A stretch of 51,967 nucleotides of DNA, counting the filler, from Ionaspis alba (lineage: Eukaryota): assembly GCA_964255285.1 (NCBI GenBank). It is 3 parts of 3 records of this genome, joined end to end, with 100 filler letters (N's around TTAATTAATTAA, not from the genome) between each part and the next. Parts side by side here need not be neighbours in the genome. Positions count along the whole stretch, not along the records: positions 34,769 to 51,967 come from CAXUUL010000325.1; 2 more parts are not named here. One strand, given 5' to 3'. This document shows, piece by piece, positions 49,316 to 51,967 of this stretch. The position numbers were made by a program, and so were the translations under genes. The notes under the pieces were generated by a model. That model worked only from the letters and a program-made list of their open reading frames with translations, did no database searches and had not been told where the DNA came from. Each line of letters opens with the position of its first letter. Position 1 is the first letter of the stretch.

Positions 49316-51377
49316 TCAGTAGATGATTCCTTTCTGCCAGAAATGGTAACGTACATCAGCAGTATCATCGCTAACCACATCGATCTTGGTTGTGTTGAGA
49401 TTGAGAATATTAGTCTTGTTTCCGTACACTGGGAAACGAGGTCCCTCTCGCGCAGTCGGAAGTCCCATCTGGACATAACTAGTGAAATATTGCTGCAACA
49501 CTATCGCAACGGTATTGCTGAGAATCTGACGGTCTGGAACATTGGCGAACTCATACTGCACATCCCCACCATGACGCCCAAGACCCACGCTAAACTGATA
49601 CGCATGGCTCTGATTACCGAATGCCCGGTTCAGGTAGTTTGTATTGCATGGAAACGACGATTCGGCTACAATAAGCCTCAACCGGTCGATGTGCGAGCGG
49701 TACGGGTAGCTTCCGTCAAATACTGGAGGATAGATAGCGCTCACGGTTTCTCTTAAAGTCGAGTCAGAGGCACTATGGTAGTTGGTGCGCAGATACCGTG
49801 CGATGGCTTCGTCGCTCTGGGCAGCTGGATCTGCAAAAATTGAACCCCTCGTTGCTTGTATGTCCGATTAATAGCTTGTGCGTAGAGTCGAACTGCCCAT
49901 TGGCAAGTAATTGGCCCCGAAGAGCGGGTACGATAGCACGATCAACGACAGGACCGTAAGAAAATGTTCCAAATGGAGACTTGGCGATTTGAGCTGTAAT
50001 TGCATCCAGAAGCGCCTTGTAGGGTAATCGCCTAGCTTGTTCAATGGTGGTGACGTTCAGCAAATTCAAGAAGGTCTGGTATGTCAATTCCTGTTGCAGA
50101 TTACTGGCAACAAGTGCGAAGGCCCCAGACTGCGGAATGGGTTGCGAGAATTGCGCTGGCCCGTCACGACCGCCAAATGCCGTAATGTGGTGTGTGACGG
50201 AACCACCTCCGGCAGATTCGCCCATGACTGTCACTCGACTTGGGTCACCACTGAAGAGATGGATATTGTCCTGCACCCATTGAAACGCAAGTCGTTGGTC
50301 ACAAAGGCCTGCGTTAGAAAGACCACCTTCGGATTGGAAGGTAGGACCTGACAGCCAGCCAAATGAACGCAACTAGAGACTGTTAGTGCATTTCCCCGAA
50401 AGAGCATAACAAGCCTTACCGGTAACTTATTGAAATAAAGATAATGCCATCATATCCATCAATCTTACTGGCTTCAATCAAGCCAATTGGTTTTTTCGTA
50501 CCAAACTCGTTCTTGGAACCAACTACATAATCTCCTCCATGAATCCAGACCAAGACTGTTGCACCCCCGTTACCGCTACTGCTATCATTTTGCTTAAGCT
50601 CTGCCGCTTTAGCGAAGACTTTTTGAGGTATGTAAAGATCGAGAAACGAGCAATCTTCTGCTATGTTCGGACCCTGCGGCCCAAAGATAGCTGNNNNNNN
50701 NNNNNNNNNNNNNNNNNNNNNNNNNNNNNNNNNNNNNNNNNNNNNNNNNNNNNNNNNNNNNNNNNNNNNNNNNNNNNNNNNNNNNNNNNNNNNTCGAGAA
50801 ACGAGCAATCTTCTGCTATGTTCGGACCCTGCGGCCCAAAGATAGCTGCCCCTTGCGCGGCGACTAGTGCTTGGGCTTCAGAAAGATCGGGTGAGCTGCC
50901 GCTATCGGTGGCAGTAATAGGTCGAGATGTGATCGCATTCCATAGAGGTCTTTGCTGAATGCAAACAGGAGACATGGAACCATTGGTGGCGATCGAGCTG
51001 TTTCCCCGAGGGGAAACCGGAGCGGCCCACCTTAAGTCCCCGATGGTTGGCTCAGCGTATCTAATATTCGACAAGCTATAGATTTTCGAGGTTGGCTGTC
51101 CAAATTCAGTAAAAATAATGCTGTACTCGGGAACTTATCTAATGTACCTCCAAGCTTATAGCTTGGTAGCGTTCCTGGTCAGTGGTCAGCCTAATCGCAA
51201 GAAGAGTAGAAACCTCACCCACGTAGCCAAGGTCGACAATGGTAGTTGATCAGGTCCAAAATCCAGTCCTTTCATCACATTCCGTGCGATCTGCCCATTG
51301 CTGCATATCCTGGAGGAGATTGATTGGCCTGGACAACAGCAGATGAGACTGGAAGGAGGAGCACGCCAATTTGCCAT
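49316..51377 (-). pseudogene. Type-B carboxylesterase/lipase, frameshifted (probable pseudogene; 5' boundary approximate)
   Basis: IVDLGY, SNIRYAEP, EDCSFLD, WIHGGD, GESAGG, HTSNEG and GRHGGD motifs are present. A +1 frameshift at about 49836-49848 splits the C-terminal part, and a second apparent shift lies near 51240. Confidence 0.7.
50639..50848. repeat. 55-bp direct duplication flanking a 100-N gap (assembly artefact)
   Basis: 50639-50693 is identical to 50794-50848. Confidence 0.95.
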
Positions 51378-51967
51378 AGTCGTAGGCCTCTGGCGACCTT
51401 TTTGCACGTTGATGCATCTTGGGTAGTGCAGGAGAACTGAATGATCGGTGAAGATCAACCACGAAGGGGAGAGCCTTCTATTTATGAATGTAAAGCAGGC
51501 AGCTCTTCCACCCCAGACCAGCGTTCGTAGGTAACGGGAGCACGCCGTGTTAGCTGACTATGTCCGCTCTCATCCCCATATGAATGGCAACCAGAAACGG
51601 TTTCCATGTGGACCCGAGTTCTCGTGAAGCCGAGACAGTGCAAGAGTAATTCCAGAACTTCATTGATGTTGGAGTGCCGACATTGCAGATAGTGCAAGGG
51701 TCGATACCTCTTCCGATACCATCTGTAGATTCAGCTGCGGCAGACAAACCAGTGAAGCATGGTTCATTGGTGCAATCAGGCCTGCTGAAATGGTATTGCA
51801 GTGCCGTGTCGCTATTCCAGTGCCACAGCAGCACCTATTTTAGCGTAACAGGATCTCCAGGTCTCCCTTCTGGCATAATTATCCAGCGAGTTGGCGTTTT
51901 CGCTAACTCCACTCTGCCGCTGCCTAATTCAGTCCTTCTTGTGGTTATTCATTAGGCGCGGAACTGC

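Noticed and set aside
21540..50848. 55-bp direct repeats as target-site duplications, LTR ends or CRISPR-like repeats
   Set aside because: Each pair is unique, exactly 55 bp and abuts a 100-N gap, and collapsing restores reading frames. This is an assembly artefact.
51482..51967. Short ORFs at the right edge of the window
   Set aside because: No recognisable protein, and the region is cut by the window edge.
1..51967. tRNA, rRNA, CRISPR array, transposase or retroelement, secondary-metabolite backbone gene
   Set aside because: None recognised by eye. tRNAscan-SE, Infernal and a repeat library search would be needed to exclude short or degenerate elements.

Overview
Eukaryotic, intron-containing DNA from a filamentous ascomycete (Pezizomycotina; short GT-AG introns with CTRAC/CTAAY branch points). 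A lichen-forming or related lineage is plausible but only an inference. The window is a draft short-read scaffold with seven 100-nt gaps: four are flanked by exact 55-bp duplications and two contain an artificial TTAATTAATTAA linker. The left block (1-15.5 kb) is housekeeping: Nur1/Mug154-like, V-ATPase subunit F, Npc2/PG-PI transfer protein, Set3-like PHD-SET protein, importin Mtr10, SmE, 5-formyl-THF cyclo-ligase and Rot1. The middle (17-30.3 kb) is accessory-looking: a 66-aa Cys-rich microprotein, a Dal5-family MFS transporter, three tandem divergent F-box-like genes, a secreted Ser/Thr/Pro-rich protein, a stop-interrupted pseudogene with an F-box-like motif and a BTB/POZ gene. The right block holds Pan2, a 59-aa twin-CX9C NDUFAF8-like gene missed by the ORF track, cytosolic IleRS, a group X (Chk1/PhkA-type) hybrid histidine kinase, an SDR and a frameshifted carboxylesterase. 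I saw no tRNA, rRNA, CRISPR array or intact transposon. The most interesting signals are the F-box-like/BTB island with decaying members and a candidate spliced presequence-like N-terminal extension on IleRS. Neither is proven, and I cannot claim a clearly novel system. All family assignments come from motif recognition, not database searches.
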